DNA from: Heptranchias perlo
Taxonomy: Eukaryota
Length of the DNA: 64,000 bases
Direction: 5' to 3'
NCBI RefSeq assembly: GCF_035084215.1
Contig: NC_090358.1
Location: forward strand, 14,322,001 to 14,386,000
The notes under the pieces are model-generated. The model did no database searches. It was not told where the DNA came from and saw nothing but the letters and a program-made list of their open reading frames with translations. This document shows, one piece after another, positions 42,238-56,224 of the stretch (the stretch's first letter is position 1; each line of letters starts with the position of its first letter). A program made the translations under genes and the position numbers.

Positions 42238-42917
42238 CTATCACCAAGGCCGCCTACTTCCACGTCCATAACATCGCCCGTCTCCACCCTGCCTCAGCTC
42301 ATCTGCTGCTGAAACCCTCATCCATGCCTTTGTTACCTCTGGACTTGACTATTCCATTGCTCTCCTGGCTGGCTTCCTATCTCCCTCCTCCCATCCTCCA
42401 TAAACTTGAGCTCATCCAAAGCTCTGCTGCCTGTATCCAAACTTGCACCAAGTCCTGTTCACCCAACACCCCTGTGCTCACTGATCTACATTGGCTCCCG
42501 GTCCGGGAATGCCTCGATTTTAAAATTCTCATCCTTGTTTCCAAATCCCTCCAGGGCCTCGCCCCTCCCTATCTCTGTAACCTCCTCCAACCCCACAACC
42601 CTCCGAGATCTCTGTGCTCCTTCAGTTCTTGCCTCTTGCACATTGCTGATTTTAATCGCTCCACCAATGGCGGTTACGCCTTCAGCTGCCTAAGCCCTAA
42701 GCTCTGGAATTCCCTCTCTAAACTTCTCCGCCTCTCTACTGCTCTCTCTTCCTTTAAGACAGTCCTTAAACCTAGCTCTTTGACAAATCTTTTGGTCACC
42801 GGTCCTAATATCTCCTTATGTGACTCAGTGTCAAATTTTGTTTGATAACGGTGCTGTAAAATGCCTTGGGACGTTTTATGATGTTAAAGGTGCTATATAA
42901 ATGCAAGTTGTTGTTAT
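42238..42917 (+). mobile_element. L2 LINE 3' fragment
   Basis: Track ORF 42324..42845: LHWLPV..FKILILV.K.LQGLAPPYL..GGYAFS..PKLWNSL. Tail reads ctatataaatgcaagttgttgtt. Confidence 0.92.
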
Positions 42918-44361
42918 TGTGGAGCTTTACCCTGCATATGGGCTTGTTGAATTGGGACTGTTAGTTGTTGAAACTGGGTGCAAGAAATAGAAAAAAATCA
43001 GTTTCCTAGCACCCAACTTTCTTACTTTAATTAACATAAAACCAAGAGAATACATTTTATGTATAGGTGTGTGGAATGTGTACTTTCGAACACAGTTGGA
43101 TACTTCCATGATTACAAAACTTGATATGAGACATAATTACTCTGCTCTCGTCCCGGTTCTTTGCTTGGGTTTAACTCAACAGCAGGGTCCATGCAAATAC
43201 CACAAGCCACGATCTTTAAACTGGCATTGCTAACATCCTTGCCTGCATTGCTTCGAATGTCAAGCTGTGCAGTACACTCCCCTTTATAATGGCCTTTTCA
43301 GACCAGGCAAAAGATGTGGTATATGGGGGCCACAAAAAGAAAAAGAAAATGCCAGAAATAAAACCAGAATACACTGGAAATGCAGAACACACGCATCAGC
43401 ATCTGAAGAGTAGGTTCAGCACCTGATGGGCCTGCTGTGTATTTCCATCACTTGCTGTTATGGCTTGAAGAGGATAATTTAGAAAGCTCTCTGTTTAAAG
43501 AGGGAGACACACTTAGTGTTGTAGTGAAGGCCACGGTATGCAAGAGAGCTTCTACTGTGTAAGTTTTCAAAGTGGCTTCATGGACCCTCAATGGTTGAAG
43601 AAGTGACGCCATTGAGTCTTCGGGGTTATCCGATTTCTGCCCTTCTGAGCCTGGCCATACCATAAGTGCGGGCTCTCGAATTCTGTGCACTGCATTTTTT
43701 GACTTGTTAACGTTATTTCTGTTGCTCCGTACAAATAAAAAAATCTTTTCTGTTATAAAATGATTTTCCTTTGGGCAACTGACACTGTGTTTTGGAAGTT
43801 TGGACAAGAGGTCCCAGCAGTGTGTTGATATTTGCAGTCACTCCCATAAACGGGTTCAAAATCACTACTGTAAAGGGATTACACAGAACTTCTAACATCC
43901 TGTCCATCAATGATCCCTAAACAATACAACTTTATAATTTACTCCAATCATCTGCAATGTTGCTGCTAACTACAACCAATATAAATTGTTTGTTCCCTTC
44001 TCTTCACACTCGAGTGATTCTGTACCCCGTTAGACTTCAGTACACCGACTACTTTGAAATCCAATAGGAAAGGAGAAAAAAATGCCAAAAAGTAATTAAA
44101 GGAATTTTAATTTTTTGCAGTGGTTTTTGCCTTTCAGAAGCATTCTTGTTGTGCCTGTTTGGTCCTTACTTCAGTAATGCTGTGCAATGGAAAACGGGTG
44201 ACATTTATTTACATGACTGAATTGTTTGTATCTGTGTACGCTTAGAAAGGTCTAGTTTGTTTTTATTTTGAAGAACTACATTATCTGCATTATGATTGAA
44301 AGTGGGACAGGCCATCTATAATCACTGTGTCTCTAAAGAATTAATGATTATTCTTGCCCAG

Positions 44362-44434
44362 GCTACAGAATGAAAAATGGATGAATGTTCGAGTAGGAGA
44401 CGTAATCAAATTGGAAAACAATCAGTTTGTGGCT
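44362..44434 (+). CDS. ATP8B4: ATP8B4-like coding exon, LQNEKWMNVRVGDVIKLENNQFVA
   Basis: cccag acceptor; gtaagt donor; 73 nt, phase 2 to 0. Actuator-domain W..V.VGD motif. LQNEKWMNV resembles ATP8B4 more than ATP8B2. Confidence 0.95.
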
Positions 44435-46243
44435 GTAAGTACTTGTCGAGAACTTAATTATTTTTAAATTTGTTCTCCGGATGTGGGCAAGGCTGGCATT
44501 TATTGCCCATCTCTACTTGCACTGAGAAAGTGGTGGTGGGCCGTTCTCCATGAACCACTGCAGTCTAATTGATAGTTGTGCCCCTGATGATGATTTTAAA
44601 AAATATATTGGACCGGGAATTGCTCTGAGCAGCGAACCAGCAGTGCTCGCCGCTCATTAGATTTAAAGTCCCTGAAGATACAGGAATTAAACTCTGATTC
44701 AGCTCTGCCTCTTGTTTATTTAAATATTAGTTTATGATTTTAAATGGTGTTTAATTTAAGGCAGTCTAATCTAAAGCTAACCCAACCATTTCAGATCAAT
44801 TGATCTTGTAGCCTTCAGTAGCAGAATTAAACTTTCTGTTCTGTATGGTATAATGACCCTGTCCTTATACTATTAGCAGATTGCCTTTATATTAAAAATG
44901 GTATATTCGTGCAGATGCCATGCTTTAACACTGATTAAAACAATCTTTAAAATGCTAGGTGTTTCTGAGCTGTAACCTGAAACGGATGAGCACATTCCAA
45001 TTTTCAAAGTTCCTGATCAAATAACAACTAAACTCTTAAGTGGCCCATACAGCAATGAGACTTTCTGGCCTTAAAGGGACAGGCCAGCTTAAACAGAGCT
45101 CCACTCTAACAGAAGAGTAGAGTAATACATTGGTAAATATTCCTGTCATTATAAAACAGTGGATCATCAAATTCACTTGCTTTCTCTCGCACTTACCTAA
45201 TGTGTATACAGTTTCTATGTTTAGCTGCATTTCTTCTACTTACCTCTGGCTTATCACTCCCATGGTCATCCTAGCACTATACTACACCTACTTTCTGTGT
45301 CTCTCCAGTCTAGCAAAGTAAATTTTAAAACAATTATTTTTGTACTGCATCCTGCTTGGCCTCTTCCAGCCCCATACTGCCTTCAGATTGTGCATCTTGC
45401 CTTCAGCCTTTTTGTCAGTCTCCTGGCACTATGACCTTCACCCCATTCTCTCAGTCCTCAAGACCACGCCCCCCACCCCCATATGCCAGAATTCCTTATC
45501 CCCTACTCAAAATCTTAATACTCTCACCACATTCCAACCAAGCTCCACCACTCTCTGCACTTCTAACAAACCTAGATACAAACCAGTCATTCCAAACTTC
45601 ACAACCTCCCCATGTTCCCCTTCCGCAATAGAAGTACAGAACTGCTAATTAAATCAAGAAAGGAGAAATATTTTCATGAAAATAAACTCAATTAAATCTT
45701 TTAAGTAAATGGGATAAGCAGCTTAAAGATTTCTATATTTTATCAACGGTGAATTGAAGAGGAAAAAAGCATTTTCTTCCAATTACCTTCGTAGTTTCCT
45801 GTTTCAACATTCTCCCTCCATCTTGGATTATTGTCAGTAATTTTTTAATTATGTTTTGCCTTTGTCTGTAGTTCACACTCACTCGATCACTCAATTCAGG
45901 CCCTGCACCCACCCCCGCCTCCGTGGGTATAAACATCGGTAGAGCTCTCCGTTTTTGAGTTCAATCTTTGAAATACTTCCACGTTTTAAAGCTGCTCAGG
46001 TAATGCCTCACGCTTCCATGCAAGATTATACTCCCAAATGGCAGAGAGCTCCCTCAGCAGATGTTACAACTTTATATTCGTTGTTGCCACTCAGTCCCAG
46101 GAGTCCACTGTTCATTTTGATAGATGAACCCTAATTGTAGAAGAGCAGTGTTGCAGTTTCGGAATGCTAATCGACTTTTTTTTAATGAAATTTGATTTCA
46201 ATTGATTTTTTTTTTAACCTTTGACTTTCATATTTACTTTCAG

Positions 46244-46314
46244 GCTGATCTGTTGTTACTGTCTAGCAGTGAACCTCATGGACTCAGTTATGTCGAGACA
46301 GCTGAACTTGATGG
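46244..46314 (+). CDS. ATP8B4: ATP8B4-like coding exon, ADLLLLSSSEPHGLSYVETAELD(G)
   Basis: tttcag acceptor; gtaaga donor; 71 nt, phase 0 to 2. Holds the first half of the P4-ATPase DGET actuator motif. Confidence 0.95.
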
Positions 46315-46379
46315 GTAAGAGTCGAAGGTGCTGTGTGTAAGCCTACAGAATCAAGTTAACTTACTAATAAATGGGGTGT

Positions 46380-47231
46380 TGAATTGAGGTGAAGCTTTTA
46401 AGTAGAGATGACAAGTAATTTAATGGCCAGTGGAATCAATAAAATTTGTTCCAGTCCTGTAACAGGTAAATATTCCAGAGCTTTTATGGTGGTACATTTT
46501 TATCCTTTAACAAACCAACTGGTCTAGTTGCAGGGTTAGGTGAGGGGAGGGGGGAGAGTTAACTCTCTCCCTTCCCAGAGCCCATCCTTCTTTATCACTT
46601 TGTGGCACTTGTCATGGGGGTATCGAGATTTCCTCAGTGCAGCAGTTATAGTAAAGTTGTAAACCCCTTTTTAAAAAAAGCATTTACAATTCTGTCACAC
46701 CTGCACAGAGGAAATTCCACCCAATTTCCAACAAGTTCTCCTCCAGCTGGGACTTTGGTATGGTCTAGGCCTCAGGCTTGTTTGTGGTCAGCAATGAGTT
46801 ATGAATGGCCATTAAGAAGTGCATTCGGGTGATATCGGGTCTGATCATTTTGTTTTTATTTCTTTCACGAAGTGCTTGCTCTATCTGGCATTGTATTTAG
46901 TGGCTCCACCACCAGCTGACAAATCCTACCCAATACGGGCAAGTGAGCAGAAATGACAGTCTGTGCTTCAAATTTGTGTTCTCCTGCTTTGTACCCAAAT
47001 GTTCCTAGTGCCCTTGTTACCAAGCCCCAAATCACTTCTGTTAATGAATTTTCTCAGTCTATTTCTTTCTGCTCATCAGTCGCGTTCCCCCCAATCTCAA
47101 CCCCACTTCCCCCCCGACACAGAGTATTTCTGGAATATCTACCAGTTACAGGACTGGATTAAATTTAATTGATTCCACTAGCCATTAAATTACTTAATGC
47201 CATCTCTACTTAAAAGGTTCACTTCAATTCA
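46380..47231. repeat. ~100-bp inverted repeat (46380-46479 / 47129-47231) around a ~650-bp spacer
   Basis: Manual alignment gives about 9 mismatches and one 3-nt indel over 100 bp. Confidence 0.9.
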
Positions 47232-47232
47232 G

Positions 47233-47643
47233 GTGTCAGCTGTGGCTTAGTGGCAGCACTCTCGCTTCTGAGTCAGAGGGTTGTGGGTTCAAGTCCCACT
47301 CCAGAGCATTGAGCACAAAATCTAGTACTGAGGGAGTGCTGCACTGTCGGAGGTGTGCCGTCTTTCAAATGAGACCGGTTAAACCGAGGCCCTGTCTGCT
47401 TCTCAGGTGGACTAGAAGAGCAAGGGAGTTATCCCCGGAGTCCGACCAATATTTATCCTTCAACCAACATCACTAAAACAGATTAACTATCACATTGCTG
47501 TTTGTGAGACCTTGTGTGTAAATTGGTTGCCGCATTTCCTATATTACAACAGTAACAACACTTCAAAAGTACTTAATTGGCTGTAAGGTGCGATGGGACT
47601 TCTTGAGGTCATGGTAGGCGCTGTATAAATGCAAATTTTTTTT
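47233..47643 (+). mobile_element. DeuSINE (SacSINE1-like), near full length
   Basis: A and B boxes (tggcttagtgg, gggttcaagtccc), Deu core tactgagggagtgctgcactgtcggaggtg, and an L2-like tail. Confidence 0.87.
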
Positions 47644-48769
47644 ATACTTCACTGAGGAATTGAGAAAATTCTCAGGGTAAACTATAATTTAATTGGAAAA
47701 TCAATGCAACAAAATGTACAATGAGACATTTACAATAAACTCTGTGTAAATGTTGCCTTTATGAATCATATGAATTATAATTAGGAGTTGATGAACGTGA
47801 CAAAATATGTAACTAGGACTGGAACTAGTAATTTTGCAAAATTAATTGTATTCCGTGTATAAAGTGAGGATAGAGAGAAAGTAATTTGAATATTTAATTT
47901 CTCAATTAAAAGGGATAGTCTGATTTTTACTGCAGAGGGAAAAACTGCACCAACTTGTTGAATATGTGGAAAATTCCTACTCTGGGGTTTATTGCACAAG
48001 TTCATTTCTTATCCTTTCATTGATGCAATCTTCATAGTACATTAATATAGACTAAAATGCAGCTTTTTTTCCAGCACTAAATGTGTGATGGTTGCTCCTG
48101 CTGACTGGAATTGTCATTCCATATGTTGCAAGTCCCTTTCTCCAAAAAAAAATTAATTCTTCTTTTGCAATACTTGAAGACATCATTATTTTAAGTGCTT
48201 CAAGCTATGCAGAATTAATTTGATATTCCCCACCCTGTTTTGTAAAACTCCTCAGCCTGAACCACACCTTAATTTTTTTCTCTCTCATTACCAACAGTTT
48301 GCACTATTGCCTTTGTAACAATCATTATAGAAGATTGTTAGTGATCTGTCTTGACAAAGATCCCTAAATAACACTGGGCAGTTGCAGGGATAGTGGTTAG
48401 AATTGTTGGTAGTTGCAGGGAATACTTTTCTTGCAGGTCTTTCTCCCTTCAATGGCATTTCAGTTTTAATCAGCTGCATGTTTTAAAGTATCAGTGTTCT
48501 ACCCTTTTTGCCCTGCTTAACAGCAAAGCCAAATGTACAACTGGCCATTGTAACAGCTGATCTTATTGTCTTTGAAAGTCACCAGCTCCATGGTCCAGAC
48601 TCATATTTTAACAAGTACCAATCAGCTCAGCATCTGTAAAGTGCAGCTACCTGGCGACTGTAACCAGTTGTTAGTCATCAGGTAGAAATTTCCTTTACTG
48701 TTAGGTGGCTGAGAGAGAGTCAGATCGCTCACACTTCAAAACAAGCTGCTGATTAAAGCACTGATGGGG

Positions 48770-49222
48770 AAAGAAAGAAAACTTGCATTTATATAGCACC
48801 TATCATGTCCTCAAGACGTCCCAAAGCACCTTACAGCCAATGAAGTGCTTTTGAAGTGTAGTCTCTGTTGTAATGTAGGAAATGTGGCAGTCAGTTTGCG
48901 CACAGCAAGGTCCCACAAACAGCAATGAGATAATGACCAAATAATCTGTTTTCGTAATGATGTAGATTGAAGGATAAATATTGGCCAGGAGAGAACTCCC
49001 CTGCTTTTCGGAATAGTGCCATTGGATCTTTAGCGTCCACCTGAGAAGAGAGACGTGGCCTTGATTTTAACATCTCATCCGAAAGACCGCACCTCTGACA
49101 GTGCAGTACTCCCTCAGTACTGCACTTGTCAGCCTTGATTTTGTGCACAAGTCTTTGGAGTGGGACTTGAACCTATATCCTTCTGCCTCAGGCAAGAGTT
49201 CTACCACTAAGCTACAGCTGGC
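48770..49222 (-). mobile_element. DeuSINE (SacSINE1-like), near full length
   Basis: Reverse-complement homologue of 47233-47643. Confidence 0.87.
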
Positions 49223-49792
49223 ACTGGAGTCAGTTGGACACCTAATTAATCTCTGTAAAGCTTTCAGCTAAATGGAACTTGATCCAGTTTGAAGTATGCT
49301 CTTTATTGTGTTAAACTTTGATTTAGGAAGTCAGATTATGGAGGAGTTTTCTGCAGAATTGTGTAATCTGGAGTTTTCTTTCTGTAATTTTAATCTTTCA
49401 TGGACAATGGTATTCTGTACTAAAATAAAAGTATCACTAGCAGCTGGTTTCGGAGTCTTTTCAATAAACGTGTCATAAATGAGGTATAATATAGTTCTTT
49501 ATCTGTGTATAAAACTTTTAATGGCTATTAAAAATTGCTTGATTTGAAAGCAACAAAATTGACTCAATGCTTAGAAGAATTTAATATAGGAAGATAGAGC
49601 TTGCCTTTATATGGTGCCTTTCTCATCCTTGGGATGTCCCAAACCCTGCAATTCTGAATAAATATGTAACTTTTTTTGGAAGTATGAATTCTTTGCAACA
49701 TGTGTACCTGATTCATTCGAACATTGAAATCAATTTAAGCTTCTGTTTTATGCAAGATAAAAATGCTATTTTTCTCTGACTTGTTCTAACAG

Positions 49793-49875
49793 AGAAACCA
49801 ATTTAAAAGTTCGACAAGCACTGACAGTAACTTCAGAACTTGGTACAGATATGTGTAGATTGGCAGAATTTGATG
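49793..49875 (+). CDS. ATP8B4: ATP8B4-like coding exon, ETNLKVRQALTVTSELGTDMCRLAEFD(G)
   Basis: taacag acceptor; gtaagt donor; 83 nt, phase 2 to 1. Completes DGETNLK. All seven exons splice into one open frame of 561 nt. Confidence 0.95.
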
Positions 49876-51152
49876 GTAAGTCTAACTTAGTCTATTAAAT
49901 TGATTGACTATATAAGGGGTAAGTTCAGAATTCCCAGCAGAGGATTGGGCTATGACACTGGGAGCACAAAATGCACCCTATGAAGTAAGTTCAAGAATAA
50001 TGGTGGATCCAGACCAGAAATTAAGTCAAGTTCAATCAATTTCAACATAGACTGAACAACAACATTTTCTAGGTCCTGCTTCAACATGCCAAGTTCATCC
50101 CATAGTCTTCTCCATGTTTATACTTGCCACTTTGCACAGTTATGCACTTAAGTCATTAAATCATCATGAACATCATTATGCTCCCACACAAGACCTGCCA
50201 AATATGTATGTGTAGGCTTTGAAATAATGTAATAGGTGCCTGCAGTGAAACTGTACTGTAAATGAATGGGGAAGGTGGTGATGAAGTTAGAGAGTTGTGT
50301 TAATCTCATTCATTGCGAGGCCTCATTTATACTTAAAACGTGCAGCTCTGCCATTTTATTTTGCACCTGGCCTATAACAATATAGAACACAGTGCAATGG
50401 ATGGTGAAGTCCAGGGATATTCAGATATGCACATGCAAAACAATGAATCAATTTGATACAGTGTATTCTTAGTGCCACTGATACAAATGCTGGTTTACAC
50501 TGAGAATAGGGCCCTAAATTATATGAGTTTAGTAAGGTCTTGTTCGATTCAAAGTGGACTTTAGTCATTGGCAGAAAGCTGCCTATAATTTGGCATTAAC
50601 TGCCACAAAACTAAGGATGGCTAATATAGGACATGGAAAGTTGATAGTGTCTCAGAATATCACCCCTTGAACACCACTGAGATTGGGATTGCTTCACTCT
50701 GAATTTACCTATGCTGCACTTAGTACGATGCTCCATACCCTAAAAGTGAGATCAGTCACTGAGCACAGAAATTCAGCAAGCACCCTTACATTATAGATTT
50801 AGATTCAATATTGTTCAGAATTTGCAAATAGATATTGCTCTTTATACTAAGCAAAAAGATCAATCAGGCAGTGTTCTACTCAAAGGAAAATGGTGAGTTG
50901 CTACTAAGCAGGTAAAAACAGGACTCGTTTTCCATGAAGGTATATGGGAAGTTAACAGGCCATAGTTCTCGAACTGTGAACACTGCATAAAAGATTGTTT
51001 CCACTAAAGTAAATCCCCAGTGTACCACATCTGCAAATTCACATCAGGTGCCTGTTTGCAAAGGATCTTCTTTTAATTTCTTTAGCATAAACACAGGACA
51101 TAAAGCGAATCGATAGTTAACATGAGGCCCATTGCTGCAACAATGTTTAATT

Positions 51153-51453
51153 CAATGGTTTCAAACTTTTCTGTGACGGGGACCCCCTGCAAATATTGAC
51201 CCTCGAGGACCCCTTGTCTTAACTGCCAAAAGACCATGTGAGCCACCTAAAGGAAACTATTATCACTGCAGAAAATGTTTTAGTGTACAGCAAAAGAAAT
51301 AACTTGCTAGTAAGTCAGCAAATACAGAGAAGTGTAGGAAAAATATCGAATACCATATTCTTGAGACACTGCGCTCACAGCATTCAGTTGGATAGAAATC
51401 TGATGGCCTCATGAACTCCCCATGATCCATGGATCCCAGTTTGAAAAATGATG
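51153..51453. mobile_element. hAT (Charlie-like) MITE
   Basis: Termini caatggtttcaaact / agtttgaaaaatgatg. 8-bp TSD gtttaatt (51145-51152) / gtttcatt (51454-51461). Confidence 0.8.
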
Positions 51454-53694
51454 GTTTCATTCAGTCTCTGGCTGTATAAACTCTAAGCACACTCCCCAAA
51501 TCAAATTGAAAATTTGCACACTAGAGACTAGAACTATCACATTGACATGTGGTATAATAATGTCAATATTTCTAGTAATGTAGCAATAGTGGTTGAATAA
51601 AACTGGGCCAATACCAGTCCAACTATTGCGTATTGTCTTGCCAGACTTGTACTGGCAGCACAGATAGAGCTCCGGTGTCCGACCATGTGGTTTAGACCCA
51701 AGACGTACAGATTCCCACAGTATTTCTAAGTTTTACAATAGATTTTTGTAGTTCTGGTACTGCATTGATAGGTTTCAATACTGGATTATCCTTTATAAAC
51801 TAACTCTGAAATTTATGTCAGTGCAATTTGGATTTGTAACAAATGCAAATCAACATGCAACAGTCTTGACTGTTTCCAATCAGATACACATGTCTTTAGC
51901 CAATGTGCATTTGATTTTACAGCAGTCTTGATTTGGTTTGGGTTATCTTGAAAACCCAGTAATGTGGAAGTATGGAATTCAGAGTTACGTTGCCACTTTG
52001 CAAAATAGTCACTTAAATAAAGAAGAAACCACCACCGTGATCTGCAGGAACTGGGTGGGACAGACTGTTGTGTTCCCCATTAAAAGCAGGACACAGGAAC
52101 AGCAGTTCTGGTTGGAAAGTCTAACTATTTCAGGCAAATGGAACTGTTCTGAATCCAAAAGGGGGGAAGTTGATTGTAAATTGAGATTAATGGTTCATTT
52201 ATATTGCAAGTTTACTGTCTGTCCAAAATTTAGATTCTGCCATCCTTGGGAGCTCAAAATTTAAATTTCTAATTTTGGGGAGACAGCTATGTTCATGTGC
52301 AGAGCTCTCTCCCAAACAGGGCAGTTAAAGTTTCAGTCAGACAGGAGCTATGCCAGGTTTTACCTGACTGGAATATGAACTGCAGCTGTTGGCTGGTAGC
52401 TACAGTGTAAACGTGTCCCAACATAATCCTTATCAGAAGCCCAAGATTATATTAGTGCTTGAAATCACTCCCAGGTATCTGTTGTAACAATTTATTTTGG
52501 ATTGGAAATGAAAGGTTTTGCTTGATTTTCTATGAGGAGGAAATGGTGTAAAGCAACTGTGTGTTGTCCATGTTCTTGATGAATCATGATGGTCACACAA
52601 CTCTATTGATGATTTGTAACACCACTACCTCAATGGACCTAGGTTGGGCAAGTGAAGTGCAATTTGTGTAATGCTTCTTCACAACACAGTACTTTGGATC
52701 TTTTTTCCTTTTGCTCATCCCACCCCCTTCTCCCCCCACCATCAGAAGACTGAAGATAAGATGGGATTTAACCACAAGTAGTACTGTAACTGAGGAATAG
52801 GTAGTCAATATAGTACCTTAATGGATCTGTGAAACAGGCTATTTGTCATTTTGAACAGGGCTAATGGTATCAAGTGTACTGTACCTTGAATTTTGTTCTT
52901 ATCAATTGCTCTGTAGCAACAGCCTTGAGTCTTAACATCTCTGCATCTCCAGACCCCCTCATCACCTCACCACATCTCACCTCTGCCAGACCATTTATTA
53001 ATGGTGGAGTTGTTGGATACTGAAATTGAATTTTTGGAAGCTGGTACTAACATGACTGTGCGAAGGATGGTATTAAGCAGTTCTGTATTAGGACAGATTC
53101 AGAAGAACTGCCGTCTGTAAAAGTTATTGCTAATCTAGTTGAAAGTTGAGCAGTTGTTTGAATCGCTGGTGCGTTTTTTTAAAATGCCAAATGAAAAACC
53201 GTGCACTTTAAAGGATGGTGTGTGGTCACAGAGCCTTGCAGCAAGTAGACCAGAACTGTGAGTTGCCATGGGATCATTATTGAGCCAAGTTTAAAAGCTG
53301 CTGATCTTTTATTTCTTATAAATGAAGCATTTTACCCACAACATGAACAATTGGGTTGCAATAGCCTGTTTCCTGCAGTATTTTTTCATGCAATACTTGA
53401 CTTTTTATGCAGCTTTTAAAGTCACACAAAGAATTGAATCACTTACTCTGTGAAAATAAATTTTGTAAATTATTTTGGTTTTGCTGTGAGGATACCATCT
53501 GGGGGAGATGGCTTCCTGTCATCATTTTATATATCAATTCATACTCTGCCTATAATATCTGTACAAGGAATCCTATTGGAATTGTTGAATCCAGTCGGTT
53601 TTGTAGCCATGAGAAAGGAAAGAGCTCATCTAAAATGTCCATACGCTTATGTTGGAACTTATCATCCCATAACAGCTGGCTTAAACGTTTTCTT

Positions 53695-55608
53695 GATAAT
53701 ACAAGTGGAGAACCAGGCTGAATATAGAAAGTTCAGAGGGTAAGTGAAAAAGGAAATCAGAGGGACAAAGAGAGAGTATGAGAACAGATTGGCAGCTAAC
53801 ATAAAAGGGAATCCAAAAGTCTTCTACAGGCATGTAAACAGTAAACGGGTAGAAAGAGGAGGGGTGGGACTGATTAGGGACCAAAAAGGAGATCTATGCA
53901 TGGAGGCAGAGGGCATGGCTGAGGTACTAAATGAGTACTTTGCATCTGTTTTTACCAAGGAAGAAGATGCTGCCAAAGAAGAGGTAGTTAAGATACTTGA
54001 TGGGCTAAAAATTGATAGAGGAGACACTAGAAAGGCTGGCTGTACTTAAAGTAGATAAATCACCCAGTCCGGATGGGATGCATGCCAGGTTGCTGAGGGA
54101 AGTAAGGGTGGAAATTGTAAAGGTACTGGCTATAATCTTCCAATCAGCCTTAGATACAGGGGTGGTGCCAGAGGACTGGAGAATTACAAATGTTTACACT
54201 CTTGTTCAAAAAAGGGTGTAAGGATAAACCCAGCAACTACAGGCCAGTCAGTTTAACCTCGGTGGTGGAGAAACTTTTAGAAACGATAATCCGGGACAAA
54301 ATTAACAGTCGCTAGGACAAATGTGGATTAATTAAGGAAAGCCAGTGTGGATTTGTTAAAAGCAAATCGTGTTTAACTAACTTGATACAGTTTTTTTTTT
54401 AACAGAGAGGGTCGATGAGGGCAATGCGGTTGATGTGGTATATATGGACTTCCAAAAAGCATTTGATAAAGTGCCGCATAATAGGCATGTCAGCAAAGTT
54501 GAAGCCCATGGAATAAAAGGGGCAATGGCAGCATGGATATGAAATTGGCTAAGTGACAGGAAACAGAGAGTAGTGATGAACAGTTGTTTTTTGGACTGGA
54601 GGGAGGTGTACAGTAGTTGGTACTAGGACCACTGCTTTTCTTGATATATATTAATGACTTAGACTTGGGTGTACAGGGCACAATTTCAAAATTTGCAGAT
54701 GACACAACACTTGGAAGTGTAGTGAACAGTGAGGAGGATAGTGATAGACTTCAAGAGGACATAGACAGGCTGGTGGCATGGGCGGACACATGGCAGATGA
54801 AATTTAACGCAGAGAAGTGCAAAGTGATGCATTTTGGTCGGAAGAATGAGGAGAGGCAATATAAATGGTACAATTCTAAAAGGGGTACAGGAACAGTGTG
54901 ATCTGGGGGTATATGTGCACAAATCGTTGACGTTGGCAGGGCAGGTTGAGAAAATGGTTAAAAAAGCATATGGGATCCTGAGCTTTATAAATAGAGGTAT
55001 GGGGTTTAAAAGCAAGTTATGATGAACCTTTATAAAACACTGGTTCGGCCACAGCTGAAGTATTGTGTCCAATTCTGGGCACCGCACTTTAGGAAGGATG
55101 TGAAGGCCTTCCTATCCAAGAGAGGTTGGAGAAGAGATTTATTAGAATGGTTCCAGGGATAAAGGACTTCAGTTATGTGGATAGACTGGAGTAGCTGAGC
55201 TTGTTCTCCTTAGAGCAGAGAAGGTTGAGAGAAGATTTGATAGAGGTATTCAAAATCATGAAGGGTCTAAACAGAGTAGATAGAGAGAAACTGTTCCCAT
55301 TGGCAGAAGGGTCAAGAACCAGAGGACATCGATTTAAGGTGATTGGCAAAAGAACCAAAGGTGACACGAGGAAAAACTTTTTTACTCAGCTAGTGGTTAG
55401 AATCTGGAATGCACTGCCTGAGGGGATGGTGGAGGCAGATTCAATCGTGGCTTTCAAAAGGGAATTGCATAAGTACTTGAAGGGAAAAAATTTGCAGGGC
55501 TGCGAGGAAAGGGTGAGGGAATGGGACTAGCTGGATTGCTCTTGCAGAGAGCTGGCACAGACTTGACAGGCTGAATGGCCTCCTTCCATGCTGTAACCAT
55601 TCTATGAT
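53695..55608 (+). mobile_element. CR1-clade LINE, 5'-truncated, with frameshifted ORF2 (RT)
   Basis: ORF pieces KGNPKVFYRHVN, KSPSPDGMH, VPEDWR, LGPLLFLIYINDL..ISKFADDT, FSLEQRRLREDLIEVFKI, VVRIWNALP. 3' end reads tgtaaccattctatgat. Confidence 0.93.
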
Positions 55609-56224
55609 GCACTCGGGACCCACTAATAAGGTACACGTTGTTTGATAACCATTAGGGTTGAAATACTGGCCAATTGCGGTTGTACCAGTTGTTAATACAA
55701 TATCTTGTGGTTGTAAAGATGAATATAATTACAAAGTGTGGATTCCAGGTTCAGCATGATCTTCCTTACCCCACCATGATGCAATTTAAAATATTAATGG
55801 TTGATTTTACTGGAAAATAGTCAAATGCCTAGAGTTAGAGCAGCAGCCTCAGAAAGGAGGATGTAGGAAAACTGTCATTTACTATGAGCAGTGCGTAAAA
55901 TAATTTACAAACAGAGCAATATAAGCTCGAAATGCTGGTGTTTTTGGTTCAGTCTCAGTCCAGTCTTGTCCTAGAGATGAAATCTATAAGTGATGAGGAG
56001 TCTATCATGATTTCATAAATTCTTCAATACACTGGGTCAGCTTGTGATGGATTTACCAGCATTGATGTCCTGATTTGATTTTTTTCTTTGCTTTTATGAC
56101 ATATTATGTGCTCAATGTTCAAATTGACTTGTACACACAGCTGATCAATGAGAAACTCCTACTTCTGTGTTAGCGAAAATGTCAAATGAAAGCAGAGCAC
56201 TTTCATTTAACTAGCTCCTTATCA

